Position numbers and translations under genes: made by a program. From NCBI GenBank assembly GCA_963761335.1, contig CAVXGR010000018.1, forward strand, positions 224,001 through 288,000: DNA of 64,000 nucleotides, written 5' to 3'. This DNA comes from an uncultured delta proteobacterium. Lineage in GTDB: Bacteria > Desulfobacterota > Binatia > HRBIN30 > BPIQ01. The notes below the pieces were generated by a model. That model was not told the origin of the DNA. It did no database searches and worked only from the letters and a program-made list of their open reading frames with translations. Positions 8,930 through 17,799 of the stretch are shown in pieces (position 1 is the stretch's first letter; every line of letters starts with the position of its first letter).

Positions 8930-10452
8930 GCCGCATGTTCCGCGAGATGTCGCCGCCCGTGCGAAATGGAGAGGCGATCTCCGTCGCCGCGGTGCCCGTG
9001 CTGGGCAGCGCCGCCTTCCGTGATGCGATCCTCGGCAGCATCGACTCCGGAGGCCGCATTGCCGCCTTCTTCGCGAGCCCGCTGCCCGGCGGCGCGGCCC
9101 GGCTCACGGTCGCCATCGCCCACCAGGAAGCCGGAGCGCTGTCTCTCTGCGCGACCGACGTGCGCGGCTCTTATCCGGCTTTGACGCCGGACTGCCCGCA
9201 GGCGCACGGCTTCGAGCGCGAGATCGCCGAGCAGTGGGCGGTGCGCCCGGAGGGACATCCGTGGCTCAAGCCGCTGCGCTTCCACGCGCCGTATCTGGCG
9301 CGGGAAGCGGGCTCGCGCCGGTCCTCTCCGATCGTTCCCGGCGCCGCCGACTTCTTCCGTGTCAGCGGAGACGCGGTGCACGAGGTCGCGGTCGGCCCGG
9401 TGCACGCCGGCGTCATCGAGCCGGGCCATTTCCGCTTCCAGTGTCACGGCGAGGAGGTGCTGCATCTCGAGATCTCCCTCGGCTACCAGCACCGCGGCGC
9501 CGAGCGCGCCCTGGGGGACGGGCCGAGCAAGCGTTCGCTTCACTATGCGGAGACGGTGGCGGGGGACACCTCGATCGGACACGCTCTGGCATATTGCGAG
9601 GCGTTGGAGGGGCTCTCCGCCTGTCGCGTCCCGGCGCGTGCCCAGGCGCTCCGCGGCGTGGCGCTGGAGCTCGAGCGTCTCGCCAACCACACCGGCGATC
9701 TCGGCGCCCTCGCCGGTGATGTCGGCTATCTGCCGACGGCGGCGTACTGCGGCCGCATTCGCGGCGACTTCCTGAACATGACCGCTCTCCTCTGCGGCAG
9801 CCGCTTCGGTCGCGGGCTCGTCCGCCCCGGCGGCGTCGGCTTCGACATCGATGCCGAGGGCGGCGCCGACCTCTCCAGGCGCTTGCAGGCGGCGCTGCGC
9901 GACGTCACCGAGGCGGTGGATCTGCTGTGGGAGACACCCTCGGTGGCGGCGCGATTCGAGCAGGTCGGATCGATCTCGCGTGCCGACTGCGAGGCGCTCG
10001 GCATGGTCGGTCCGGCGGCACGTGCCTGTGGCGTCGAGCGCGACGTGCGCCAGGAGTTTCCCTCGGGGATATTCCGCTTCGCGCAGATACCCAGCGTCAC
10101 CTGGAACAGTGGCGACGTGTTCGCGCGCGCCCAGGTCCGCTGGCTGGAGATCCAGCGCTCCGCTGCCTTCATCGGCGAGCAGATCGAGGCGCTTCCCGAC
10201 GGTCCGACCCGCAGCGAACCCGGACCCCTGGATCGCGACTCGATCGTCGTCTCGCTGGTCGAGGGCTGGAGAGGCGAGATCTGTCACGTCGCCGTCACCA
10301 ACGCCGCCGGGCGGTTCGCGCGCTACAAGATCGTCGACCCCTCGTTCCACAACTGGACGGGGCTGGCGATGGCGCTGCGGGGGCAGCAGATCTCCGACTT
10401 CCCGCTGTGCAACAAGAGCTTCAATCTGTCCTATTGCGGGCACGACCTCTGA
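8926..10452 (+). CDS. Hydrogenase-related large subunit lacking the NiFe cysteine ligands (EhrL; HyfG/NuoCD-like)
   Basis: VGPVHAGVIEPGHFRF, LGYQHRG, ELERLANH, EGWRGE, IVDPSFHNW; AETVAGD and NKSFNLSYCGHDL stand where the two CxxC motifs would be. Confidence 0.9.
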   Translation: MSRMFREMSPPVRNGEAISVAAVPVLGSAAFRDAILGSIDSGGRIAAFFASPLPGGAARLTVAIAHQEAGALSLCATDVRGSYPALTPDCPQAHGFEREIAEQWAVRPEGHPWLKPLRFHAPYLAREAGSRRSSPIVPGAADFFRVSGDAVHEVAVGPVHAGVIEPGHFRFQCHGEEVLHLEISLGYQHRGAERALGDGPSKRSLHYAETVAGDTSIGHALAYCEALEGLSACRVPARAQALRGVALELERLANHTGDLGALAGDVGYLPTAAYCGRIRGDFLNMTALLCGSRFGRGLVRPGGVGFDIDAEGGADLSRRLQAALRDVTEAVDLLWETPSVAARFEQVGSISRADCEALGMVGPAARACGVERDVRQEFPSGIFRFAQIPSVTWNSGDVFARAQVRWLEIQRSAAFIGEQIEALPDGPTRSEPGPLDRDSIVVSLVEGWRGEICHVAVTNAAGRFARYKIVDPSFHNWTGLAMALRGQQISDFPLCNKSFNLSYCGHDL

Positions 10453-10459
10453 GGTGCCG

Positions 10460-11233
10460 ATGCTGAACCTTCTGACTGCCCGGCTGCGACAAGGACACCG
10501 CACGGCCGCCTTCCCGGTGGACGACCCGCCGCTGCCGGACAGGTTTCGCGGCCAGCCGGTTGTGGACTCGGCCAGATGTGCCGACGGCTGTGCCGCCTGC
10601 ATCGCGGCGTGCCCGGTGGACGCCATCGACAGGGTCGGAGAGCGCCTTCAGCTCGATCTCGGCCGCTGCCTCTTCTGCGTCGAGTGCATCGAGGCGTGTC
10701 CCGAAGGAGCGATTCGGTACAGCCGCGATCACCGTCTGGCGGCACGGGTTCGGGAAGACCTGCTGGTGTCGGACGGCAGGGCGGTGCGGCTTGCCAGGGC
10801 GTTGGACGAGAAGGCCCTGCGCCTCTTCGGCCGCTCCCTGAAGCTGCGTCAGGTCAGTGCCGGCGGTTGCAACGCCTGCGAAGCCGACGTCAACGTGCTC
10901 AGCTCCGTGGTTTTCGACCTCGGCCGCTTCGGCATCCAGTTCGTCGCCTCGCCGCGTCATGCCGACGGCTTGCTGATCACCGGTCCGGTGACGGAGAACA
11001 TGCGCGGCGCACTGGTGAAGACGTACGAGGCGGTTCCCGCACCCAAGCTGGTGATCGCCGTCGGCGCTTGCGCCATCTCGGGCGGCCCCTACGTCGACCA
11101 CCCCGAGGTGCACAACGGCAGCGACGCGGTGCTCCCCGTCGACCTGTACGTCCCCGGCTGCCCGCCTCACCCGTTCACCATTCTCGACGGCCTGTTGCGA
11201 CTACTCGGTCGAATCGAGGCGGAGAGCTCGTAG
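10460..11233 (+). CDS. 2x[4Fe-4S] ferredoxin fused to a NuoB/HyfI-like small subunit (EhrS)
   Basis: CADGCAACIAACP, CLFCVECIEACP, GGCNACE, ASPRHAD, GACAISGG, PGCPP. Confidence 0.9.
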   Translation: MLNLLTARLRQGHRTAAFPVDDPPLPDRFRGQPVVDSARCADGCAACIAACPVDAIDRVGERLQLDLGRCLFCVECIEACPEGAIRYSRDHRLAARVREDLLVSDGRAVRLARALDEKALRLFGRSLKLRQVSAGGCNACEADVNVLSSVVFDLGRFGIQFVASPRHADGLLITGPVTENMRGALVKTYEAVPAPKLVIAVGACAISGGPYVDHPEVHNGSDAVLPVDLYVPGCPPHPFTILDGLLRLLGRIEAESS

Positions 11234-11319
11234 GTTTTCCCGGGTGGTGGCGCACAGGCCGCCTCCCATCCGCGAGGTTCCGCCTTGTCCGCGGCGGCCG
11301 TCGCGGCTATGCATTCGCG

Positions 11320-12333
11320 ATGTCCTCTTCCGTGTTTGCCAACCTGCTCGATCTGGCGCGGCTGCCGTGGTTCGAGGCGCGCGACGGCCGCCTGGTGGTC
11401 TCCGATCCGTCGGTCGGGCCGGTGATCGACATGCACTCGCACATTGCGCTTGCCTATCTGCTTCCCATGCGCGTCGACCTGTACCGCGCCACGGGCAGCA
11501 CGGAGCACTATCTTCCGTCCTGCTGCAGCATCGACTTCGACGTCTATCAGAACAAGAACTTCACGCCCGAGGCCCTGCGCGCCCTCAAGCGCGACCTGAC
11601 ACTCGGCAGTCTCCGCCGCGGCGGCATGCGGGCGACGCACACGGTGCCCAATCTGGTGCGCGAGATGGACGAGCTCGGAATCGTGCGCTCGGTTCTCCTG
11701 CCGATCGAGCTCCCCTACATATCGAGGAATGCCGAGCACGCTCTCGAGGCGGCGCGGCGCCAGGCGAAGATCATCTCGTTCGGCTCGGTGCACCCGATCG
11801 TCGATCGCGTCGGCGTGCGCCTCGACGAGCAGGCGCACGCCGGCGCGCGCGGTGTCAAGGTGCACCCGGCGGTGCAGCTCATCGCTCCCGACCACCCCCG
11901 CGCCATGGCGCTCTACCGCCACTGCGCCGACCGCAACCTGCCGGTGCTGCTCCACTGCGGTCCGGTGGGCATCGAGCTGCAGTCCGGACGGCGCCGCACC
12001 CAGGTCGCCCTCTACGAGAAGCCGATCGCCGAGCAGCCGCGCACGCGTTTCGTGCTCGGGCATTCCGGGGCGTTGCAGATGGAGCAGGCGCTCGATCTCG
12101 CCTGCCGCTATCCCAACGTGTGGCTCGAGCTCTCGGGGCAGTCGCTCGCCAATGTCAGCACCATACTCGACCGGGCCGATCCCAACCGAGTCGTCTACGG
12201 CAGCGACTGGCCCTTCTACCACCAGGCGCTCGGCATCGCCAAGGTGCTCCTGGCGACCGCCGGCCGCGAGCACCTGCGCTCCAAAGTGCTCTACCAGAAC
12301 GCCGCCAGGCTGCTCGGGCTGTCGATCGACTAG
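11320..12333 (+). CDS. Amidohydrolase family protein (Amidohydro_2-like)
   Basis: DMHSH, GVKVHP, LLHCG, VLGHSG, YGSDWP. Confidence 0.85.
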   Translation: MSSSVFANLLDLARLPWFEARDGRLVVSDPSVGPVIDMHSHIALAYLLPMRVDLYRATGSTEHYLPSCCSIDFDVYQNKNFTPEALRALKRDLTLGSLRRGGMRATHTVPNLVREMDELGIVRSVLLPIELPYISRNAEHALEAARRQAKIISFGSVHPIVDRVGVRLDEQAHAGARGVKVHPAVQLIAPDHPRAMALYRHCADRNLPVLLHCGPVGIELQSGRRRTQVALYEKPIAEQPRTRFVLGHSGALQMEQALDLACRYPNVWLELSGQSLANVSTILDRADPNRVVYGSDWPFYHQALGIAKVLLATAGREHLRSKVLYQNAARLLGLSID

Positions 12334-13172
12334 CTCTTCGCCACGCAGCGGTTGGTCATGGTGCCGATTCCCTCGATCGTCGTGGTGATGGTGTCGCCCG
12401 GCTTCAGGAAGGTGGCGCTGGCGGCGCCGACGCCCGCCGGCGTTCCGGTGAAGATCAGGTCGCCCGGCTCGAGCGTGCAGATTGCCGATACGTAGGCGAT
12501 CAGCTGGGGAACGGTGAAGATCAGGTCGCTGGTGCGCGCCTCTTGGCGGCGCTTCCCGTTGACGTCGCAGGTGATGGCCAGATCGTTCGGGTCCGGGATC
12601 TGGTCGACCGAGACGATCGCCGGCCCGATCGGGCCGTAGGTGTCGTACGACTTGGCGAGATCGAAGTGCGGCGGCTTGGCGGCGAACTGCAACATGCGCT
12701 CGGAGACGTCCTGGCCGCAGGTGACGCCGGCGACGGCCTTCCACGCCTCTGCCTCCGGGATGTCGCGGCCGCTCCTGCCGATGACGACCACGAGCTCGGC
12801 TTCCCAGTCGGTGGTCGGTCCGTAGACGATCACGTCTCCGGTCGGGCCGGTGAGGCAGCTGGGAAACTTGGTGAACACCAGCGGCACCTGGGGAATCTCC
12901 AGGCCCGACTCGGCCGCGTGCGAGCGGTAGTTGAGGCCGATGGCGAAGATCTTGCGCGGCCGCGGCACGCAGGGGCCGAGCACGGCGCCGTCGAGCGCGG
13001 CATCCGGCGCGCCGCGCAGCGCCGCCGCCAGCTCGTGCAGCGCCGCGTGATTGCTGATCGCCTCCATGGGGTCGGAGGTGAAGCGGCCGCCGCTGTGGCG
13101 CTCCAGGTCGTAGATGCCGTCGGCGGTCAACAGAACCGCGCGGCCGTGGGTGACGCCAAGGCGGAAAGCCAT
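12330..13172 (-). CDS. Fumarylacetoacetate hydrolase family protein
   Basis: IGLNYRSH, DWEAELVVVIG, QDVSER, AKSYDTYGPIGP, GDLIFTGTPAGVG. Confidence 0.93.
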   Translation of the reverse strand: MAFRLGVTHGRAVLLTADGIYDLERHSGGRFTSDPMEAISNHAALHELAAALRGAPDAALDGAVLGPCVPRPRKIFAIGLNYRSHAAESGLEIPQVPLVFTKFPSCLTGPTGDVIVYGPTTDWEAELVVVIGRSGRDIPEAEAWKAVAGVTCGQDVSERMLQFAAKPPHFDLAKSYDTYGPIGPAIVSVDQIPDPNDLAITCDVNGKRRQEARTSDLIFTVPQLIAYVSAICTLEPGDLIFTGTPAGVGAASATFLKPGDTITTTIEGIGTMTNRCVAKS

Positions 13173-13324
13173 CTCGTATCTCCTTCCTGTCGTGTGGGTG
13201 CCGGCAGGGGTTTATCGCATGCGGGCGCCGGTGCAACCACCGGGCACGGGCACGGGAAGAAGAAGCACTTGACGGCGTCGGTGGTGTCTCAATTTGATTC
13301 GCCTGCCATGCGCGGCGAGCGGCA

Positions 13325-13468
13325 GGTTCCCTCTCCCCGCATTTCCGCGGGGAGAGGGCAGGGTGAGGGGTCCCTTTTTCCCTGAAAGGTTGTGCACGTG
13401 CGCGCCGTTCAAAGATCGGCGCCCTCACCCTGGCCCTCTTCCGCAGAGCAAATGCGGGAGAGGGAACC
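13325..13468. repeat. About 150-bp composite palindromic element (CCCTCACC/CTCTCCC-GGGAGAGG family), copy 1
   Basis: Two inverted hairpin arms around a partly conserved spacer; matches 39937-40086, 51312-51460 and 51601-51748. Confidence 0.85.
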
Positions 13469-13542
13469 ATACACGCAGCGAGTGGAAAACGCGGCGCAGG
13501 TTGCGGACGAGGAATCAAGCTGAGACATCACCACGGCGTCTT

Positions 13543-16494
13543 TCAGTCGACGCCGAGCACCTCGAGATAGATCCCGCGGATGGCGCCGGTGTGGCGGCGG
13601 TAGTCCTCGAGGAGGGCGCGGCGGGCGCTGCCGGGGCGCCGTCCGGGGGCGTATCCCAGGCGCCGGGCCAGTGCCTCGAGGTCGCCGCGCTCCTCGTCGA
13701 GATCGGAGATCGAGCGGTTCTCGACGATGCGCAGCCGGCTGGAGAGCCGCTGGAGGAAGCTCCAGCCCTCGCGTAGGGCGTGCGCCTTCTCCGCCTCGAG
13801 AAAGCCGAGGCGCTCGAGCCGCTCGAGCTGGGCGGCGACGCGCTCGACGCGCAGCAGCTCCGGGCTCTCGGCCGCGTGGGTGAGCTGCAGGTACTGCACC
13901 ACCGTCTCGACGTCGGTCAGGCCGCCGCGCCCGGTCTTGAAGTCGTGTCGCACGCGGGTCTCCTGCGCCAGCTCGCTCTCCATGCGCAGGCGGATGCGGT
14001 GCACCTGGCGCGCCAGCTGCTCCGGCCGCGGTCGCAGCAGGATTTCGCGTCGCAATGCCTCGAAGGCCGCGGCGAGCGGTGCGGCGCCGGCCACCGGCCG
14101 GGAACGCAGCAGCGCCTGGCGCTCCCAGACCTGCGCACCGGACTGATGGTAGCGCTCGAAGGCGCTGCGCGAGGTGACCAGCATCCCCTGGTTTCCGGAG
14201 GGGCGCAGGCGGGCGTCGATCTCGTAGCAGACCCCTTCGCTGGTGCGCGTCCGCAGCGCGCCGATCAGCTTCTGCGCCAGGCGGACGTAGTACTCCTGCG
14301 CCGCCAACATCTTCCCCGGGTCGGACCCTTCAGCGTCGTAGAGAAAGATCACGTCGAGGTCGCTGCCGTAGGTGAGCTCGTGACTGGCGAGCTTGCCCAT
14401 GCCGACGACGAGAAACTCGGAGCGCGGTGGTGCGGAGACGCCGTGTCGCTGCAGCTCGGCCTCGGCGAACTCGAGCGCCTTCTCGAGACAGACCTCGGCG
14501 ATCAGCGTCAGTGCCTCCTCGGCCTCGGCGACCCGGATCTTGCCGCCGAGGTCGAGGAGCCCGACGTTGAGCAGAGCGCGGTTGTGGAACAGCCGCAGCG
14601 CGTCGAGACCCAGCTCGGTTTCATCGCGGCTGCTCTCGCGCGCCAGCGCCGCGCGGATGGAGGTGTAGTCATCGATCAGCTCCTGGCGCGAGAGCAGCAG
14701 CACGTTCGGATCGCTGAAGATCGGCTCGATCAGGCGCGGATGTGTGGCGAAGTAGGTGGAGAAGTACTCGGAGGCGGCGAACAGCGCCGTCAGGCGCGGC
14801 ACCAGCTCGGGGCGATCGATGAGCAGCTCGTAGTAGAAGCGGCGGCGCCCGACGCCGTGGATGAAGCGATCGAGGTTGTTCATTGCCCGCTCCGGATCGG
14901 GGGAAGCGTCGATCTCGTGGGCGAAGTGGGCCGCCAGGTTCTCGATCATGGCGCGTGTCGGAGGGCTGGCGAGCAGCTGCGGGGCGTTCTTCGCGAAGAG
15001 CGACAGCACGCGCTCCGTGCCGCCCTCGTGGAACAGGGAGGCGAAGATCTCGCGAATGCGCTCCCGGTGCCGGCCGAGGGTCGCTTCGAAGTCCGCCGCC
15101 GCCGCCGCTGCCGGGCCGGCGAAGCCGAGGGCGCGTGCCAGACGCTCCATGCCTTGGAGATCGTCCGGCAGCCGATGTGTCTGGCGCTCCTCTTCCATCT
15201 GCAGGCGGTTCTCCGTCCGCCGCAGAAAACGATAGGCGGCGAGCAGATCGGCCGAATCCGCCCGCGGCAGAACACCCACCTGCGCCAGCGCCACCAGGGC
15301 GCTCTGTGTCGAGCGGCCGCGCACCTGGGGAATGCGGCCTCCGTGCAGCAGCTGCAATGCCTGGGCGACGAACTCGACGTCGCGAATGCCGCCGGCGCCG
15401 ATCTTCACGTCGAAGGCGGCGCCGTGCTTCTCCTTGGCACCCTCGATCTTCTCCTTCATCTCCTTGATGGCGGCCACGCCGGCGAAGTCCATCGCCGAGC
15501 GGTAGATCATCGGGTCGATGGTGCGGATGGTGCGCCAGCCGAGCCCCACGTCCCCGGCGACCGGCCGCGCCTTCATGAATGCCGCCTTCTCCCAGGTGGC
15601 GGCCCACAGCTCGTAGTAGTTCGCCAGCATGTCGCCGGAGATCACCAACGGCCCCACCTTGCCTTCGGGGCGGAGATCGAGGTCGACGCGATAGAGAAAG
15701 CCCTCCTCCGTGGTCGCCGTCACCAGGTGGCCGAGCTCGAGGCCGAGACGGGTGAAGTACTCCTGCGGCGAGAGGCCGAGCGGGCCATCGGCGAGAGCGC
15801 CGATGGCGTGTTCGCCGCGGCCGCCGAAGACGTAGATCAGGTCGACGTCGGAGGAGTAGTTGAGCTCCTCGGAGCCGAGCTTACCGAGAGCGAGGACGCA
15901 GAACGCCAGCTCGACGTCTTCGCCGGGCGCGAAGCGCCACAGGGGAGGGCCGGCGCTCTCGCGCAGGCGAGCGGCGGCGACCTCGAGGGCGCGCTCGAGG
16001 AGCGCGTCGGCGAGGTGCGAGAGCTCGCCGAGGGTCTCTCCGGCACTCTCCGGCGGCACCAGATCCGCCGACAGCTCGCGCACCGTGATGCGCGCCAGCT
16101 CGTAGTACTTGAAGCGGCGCAGCGCATCGCCCTGCTCGGCGAGGGCCACGCCCTCGACCTCGGCGGCCAGGCGCGCCCGGTATTCGCCGGAATGGCGCGG
16201 AGCGCCGAGATCGTCGCGTCCCAGGCGCGGCAGCCAGTCGGGGTGACGGGTGAGGACGCGGGCGAAGAACGGAGCCGCGCCGCAGAGACAGGTGAGAACC
16301 CGAAGCAGGTCAGCCGGCGCCTCCTCCCACGCCTGGCGCAGGGGTTTCGGCTCGGCAACGGCGGTCGCCCGCAGCAACGGGGGAGCCAGGAGAAGCACCC
16401 GCTCGGCGTCGGCGGCGCTCGCGGCTCCACGCTCGAGGGCGGCGGCGAGGCCGACCAGACCCAGATCCTCTTCGAGTTGGCGGAGCTCGTTCAC
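13543..16494 (-). CDS. glnE: Glutamine synthetase adenylyltransferase / adenylyl-removing enzyme
   Basis: Two NT domains: LGKLGSEELNYSSDVDL / DLDLRPEG and MGKLASHELTYGSDLDV / DARLRPSG; also KIGAGGIRDVEF. Confidence 0.95.
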   Translation of the reverse strand: MNELRQLEEDLGLVGLAAALERGAASAADAERVLLLAPPLLRATAVAEPKPLRQAWEEAPADLLRVLTCLCGAAPFFARVLTRHPDWLPRLGRDDLGAPRHSGEYRARLAAEVEGVALAEQGDALRRFKYYELARITVRELSADLVPPESAGETLGELSHLADALLERALEVAAARLRESAGPPLWRFAPGEDVELAFCVLALGKLGSEELNYSSDVDLIYVFGGRGEHAIGALADGPLGLSPQEYFTRLGLELGHLVTATTEEGFLYRVDLDLRPEGKVGPLVISGDMLANYYELWAATWEKAAFMKARPVAGDVGLGWRTIRTIDPMIYRSAMDFAGVAAIKEMKEKIEGAKEKHGAAFDVKIGAGGIRDVEFVAQALQLLHGGRIPQVRGRSTQSALVALAQVGVLPRADSADLLAAYRFLRRTENRLQMEEERQTHRLPDDLQGMERLARALGFAGPAAAAAADFEATLGRHRERIREIFASLFHEGGTERVLSLFAKNAPQLLASPPTRAMIENLAAHFAHEIDASPDPERAMNNLDRFIHGVGRRRFYYELLIDRPELVPRLTALFAASEYFSTYFATHPRLIEPIFSDPNVLLLSRQELIDDYTSIRAALARESSRDETELGLDALRLFHNRALLNVGLLDLGGKIRVAEAEEALTLIAEVCLEKALEFAEAELQRHGVSAPPRSEFLVVGMGKLASHELTYGSDLDVIFLYDAEGSDPGKMLAAQEYYVRLAQKLIGALRTRTSEGVCYEIDARLRPSGNQGMLVTSRSAFERYHQSGAQVWERQALLRSRPVAGAAPLAAAFEALRREILLRPRPEQLARQVHRIRLRMESELAQETRVRHDFKTGRGGLTDVETVVQYLQLTHAAESPELLRVERVAAQLERLERLGFLEAEKAHALREGWSFLQRLSSRLRIVENRSISDLDEERGDLEALARRLGYAPGRRPGSARRALLEDYRRHTGAIRGIYLEVLGVD

Positions 16495-16637
16495 GGGTTC
16501 GTTGTTACGGGGTGGAGGTCGTCGCCGCAAGACCGTTGCGGGGGATGGCGATCAGTGCGGCCCGGCTGGTCGCGGCCCGCCGGGTGCTCGCCGGGCTGCT
16601 CTTGACGGCGGGGCGGGAGCGGGTGACAAGGATTTTC

Positions 16638-17273
16638 ATGCCGACCGATGCCGAGGCCAAGGAGCTGATCATCCAGATCACCAACGAGCTGTTCTCGATG
16701 GGACTGCTCACCGCCACCGGCGGCAACATCAGCGCACTCACCGACGGCGGCGAATCCATGTGGATCACGCCGAGCCAGATGTACAAGGGCGGCCTCACCA
16801 TCGCCGATCTGGTCCACATCAAGCCGGACGGCAGCGTGCTCGAGGGCTCGCGTCAGCCCTCGGTGGAATATCAGATGCACGCCGCCGCCTACCGGGTGCG
16901 CCCGGAGACCACCGGCGCGGTGCACACGCACGCGCCGATCGCCACTGCCTTCGGCATCTGCAATCAGGCGTTTCCACCGATCAACACCGACGCCGTCTTC
17001 CTGCGCGACACGGTGACCGTGCCGTGGTTCATGCCCGGATCGCTGGAGCTCGCCGAGGCGGTGGCCGAGGCGCTGAAGAAGAGCCGCGGCGCCATCTTGC
17101 AGAACCACGGCTTGATGACCGTCGGCAGCAACCTGCGCAAGGCGGCGACGCGCGCCATGCTGCTCGAGGAGACGGCGAAGATCGTCCTCTACACCAAGCA
17201 GTTCGGCGGCACGGTCTCGCTTCTTCCGGACGAATGGGTGGAAAGGCTGGCGCCGCTCGCCGATTTCATCTGA
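16638..17273 (+). CDS. Class II aldolase/adducin family protein
   Basis: GGNISA, ITPS, PSVEYQMH, AVHTHAP, LQNHGL. Confidence 0.9.
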   Translation: MPTDAEAKELIIQITNELFSMGLLTATGGNISALTDGGESMWITPSQMYKGGLTIADLVHIKPDGSVLEGSRQPSVEYQMHAAAYRVRPETTGAVHTHAPIATAFGICNQAFPPINTDAVFLRDTVTVPWFMPGSLELAEAVAEALKKSRGAILQNHGLMTVGSNLRKAATRAMLLEETAKIVLYTKQFGGTVSLLPDEWVERLAPLADFI

Positions 17274-17381
17274 GGAGAAATGGTTGAGAAGATGGTTTTC
17301 GAGCTCTCGGGTCTGCGGGGTCCCCGCGCCCGCTTTTGGTCAACCCGATAACCCGTCAACCCGTCAACCCGGCAACCAATC

Positions 17382-17768
17382 TTGAACCGTTCGCCGCTCG
17401 CCGAACGCCACGGCATCGATGCTTTCGCGCTCTTCTGCGCCTACCACCTGGGCATCACCGAGGATGGCGGCTATCGCTTCCAGAACATCCACCAGGTGGC
17501 CCGCCGCTTCGGAGCCAATGCCGGTGTGATCAGGCAGGTCCTCGCCGACTTCGAGATGGACCCCGACACGGTGGTGCACAGCGCCTTCGACATGGCCTCG
17601 GCGCAGGTCGACATCATGCTTGCCCCGGAGGGGATCGATCGCACCGAGGTGGCTCGCGAGCTCTTTGCCACCTTTCGCAGGGCGCCCCGCCGCGCCCGCG
17701 ACTGGGTCCGCGAGCTGGAAGAGGATGCCCGCGCCAACGAGCGCATCTTCGGCCCGCGCAAGCGCTGA
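17382..17768 (+). CDS. Hypothetical protein
   Basis: 128-aa ORF with coding-like GC3 bias filling the gap; TTG start uncertain. Confidence 0.65.
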   Translation: MNRSPLAERHGIDAFALFCAYHLGITEDGGYRFQNIHQVARRFGANAGVIRQVLADFEMDPDTVVHSAFDMASAQVDIMLAPEGIDRTEVARELFATFRRAPRRARDWVRELEEDARANERIFGPRKR

Positions 17769-17799
17769 TCGGCTCTGCGACGAGTGCGCGCCGTCGACG

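Noticed and set aside
8926..10452. True [NiFe] hydrogenase or formate hydrogenlyase large subunit
   Set aside because: Both Ni-binding CxxC motifs are absent, and there are no maturation or fdh genes in the window
4189..12333. Apparent long fusion ORFs (870, 680, 764, 460 and 585 aa)
   Set aside because: The N-terminal extensions are off-frame overlaps with upstream genes; the real starts are at 5890, 7457, 8926, 10460 and 11320
13780..16605. 941-aa plus-strand ORF and other long antisense ORFs (e.g. 696-2339, 42357-44405, 58045-59874)
   Set aside because: Shadow frames of well-supported genes in high-GC DNA, with no motifs of their own
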